IMG/VR virus record: IMGVR_UViG_3300031521_000016
Span: 1-35,894 of that record
From: a virus
Taxonomy: Duplodnaviria > Heunggongvirae > Uroviricota > Caudoviricetes
DNA length: 35,894 nt
Strand: one strand, 5' to 3'
Positions 35,386-35,894 of the stretch are shown piece by piece (positions within the stretch are counted from its first letter, which is position 1; each line of letters opens with the position of its first letter). The position numbers were made by a program, and so were the translations under genes. The notes under the pieces were generated by a model that made no database searches, was not told the DNA's origin, and saw nothing but the letters and a program-made list of their open reading frames with translations.

Positions 35386-35894
35386 TTAATTGCTTAATGG
35401 AAATTTAATAGATGTTAGCGGTGTATAATTAAGAATTTTGAAATCTTCAGGCTTCCAAGCATCTACATTAAACTTCTTTGCAAATATAGCATTTATTTCT
35501 AACTTAGGCAAAGCAGACGGTATACGTGAAATCTGTTCTATTACACCAGGCATTTGATTCAAGTAAATATGTGTATCTCCTAGATTGCATTTCAATTGAT
35601 CAGTTACCATGTTACATTCTTTTGCTATAATTTCCAATAGAAGTGCATATGATGCGATATTATAGGGTAAACCTAGAGGAGTATCTACTGAACGCTGATT
35701 CCACATTAAAGATATGCTTCTAGTTGGTACGTCGAAATCATTGCATAGTTTAGAAGCCCAATCGAAATCTTGCTTAGTAGGATTTAGACCTGCCAGTTTC
35801 CATCTTTCTTCTTGTGACAATTCTTTTGTGTAACATTGAAACCCATAATGACAAGGAGGTAAAACCATTTCTGAAAGTTCTCCTGGATTCCATG
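35386..35894 (-). CDS. thyA: thymidylate synthase, C-terminal part (5' truncated by window)
   Basis: Frame open to the edge: WNPGELSEMVLPPCH...QRSVD..LGLPYNIASY...GDTHIY. Confidence 0.93.
   Translation of the reverse strand, partial: WNPGELSEMVLPPCHYGFQCYTKELSQEERWKLAGLNPTKQDFDWASKLCNDFDVPTRSISLMWNQRSVDTPLGLPYNIASYALLLEIIAKECNMVTDQLKCNLGDTHIYLNQMPGVIEQISRIPSALPKLEINAIFAKKFNVDAWKPEDFKILNYTPLTSIKFPLSN

Noticed and set aside
35386-35894. dCMP hydroxymethylase instead of ThyA
   Set aside because: Asn, not Asp, at the specificity position (PYNIASY), with canonical LPPCH and QRSVD motifs

Overview
AT-rich, gene-dense, almost entirely minus-strand segment of what is most likely a large (jumbo-type) phage of a Bacteroidota host. 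Support: a T4 gp1-like dNMP kinase, thyA, a phage-type phosphoesterase, dozens of short orphan ORFs, Bacteroidota-type TTTG-N19-TAnnTTTG promoters and A-rich SD-less starts. No capsid, tail or terminase genes, tRNAs or CRISPR array were seen. The standout signal is that 18 otherwise unrelated proteins (2.5-24.2 kb) end in the same fixed-spacing 11-residue C-terminal tag, R-G-x-x-x-[SGA]-x-[KR]-[FY]-G-[FM]-stop. The tag is conserved as peptide rather than DNA and is a candidate sorting, docking or degron system. Other notable features: nine copies of a 43-bp promoter that divide the accessory region into cassettes; a second promoter-like motif (AATATATA-N0-1-AAGAAAAA); one gene split by two single in-frame stops (7016-8242); two plus-strand LRR-like tagged paralogues; an ABC transporter/OmpA module; a four-helix nested RNA structure behind a DIP1984-like gene; and a thyA-GT2-wecB cluster. 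All family assignments come from motif recognition by eye, not from database searches.
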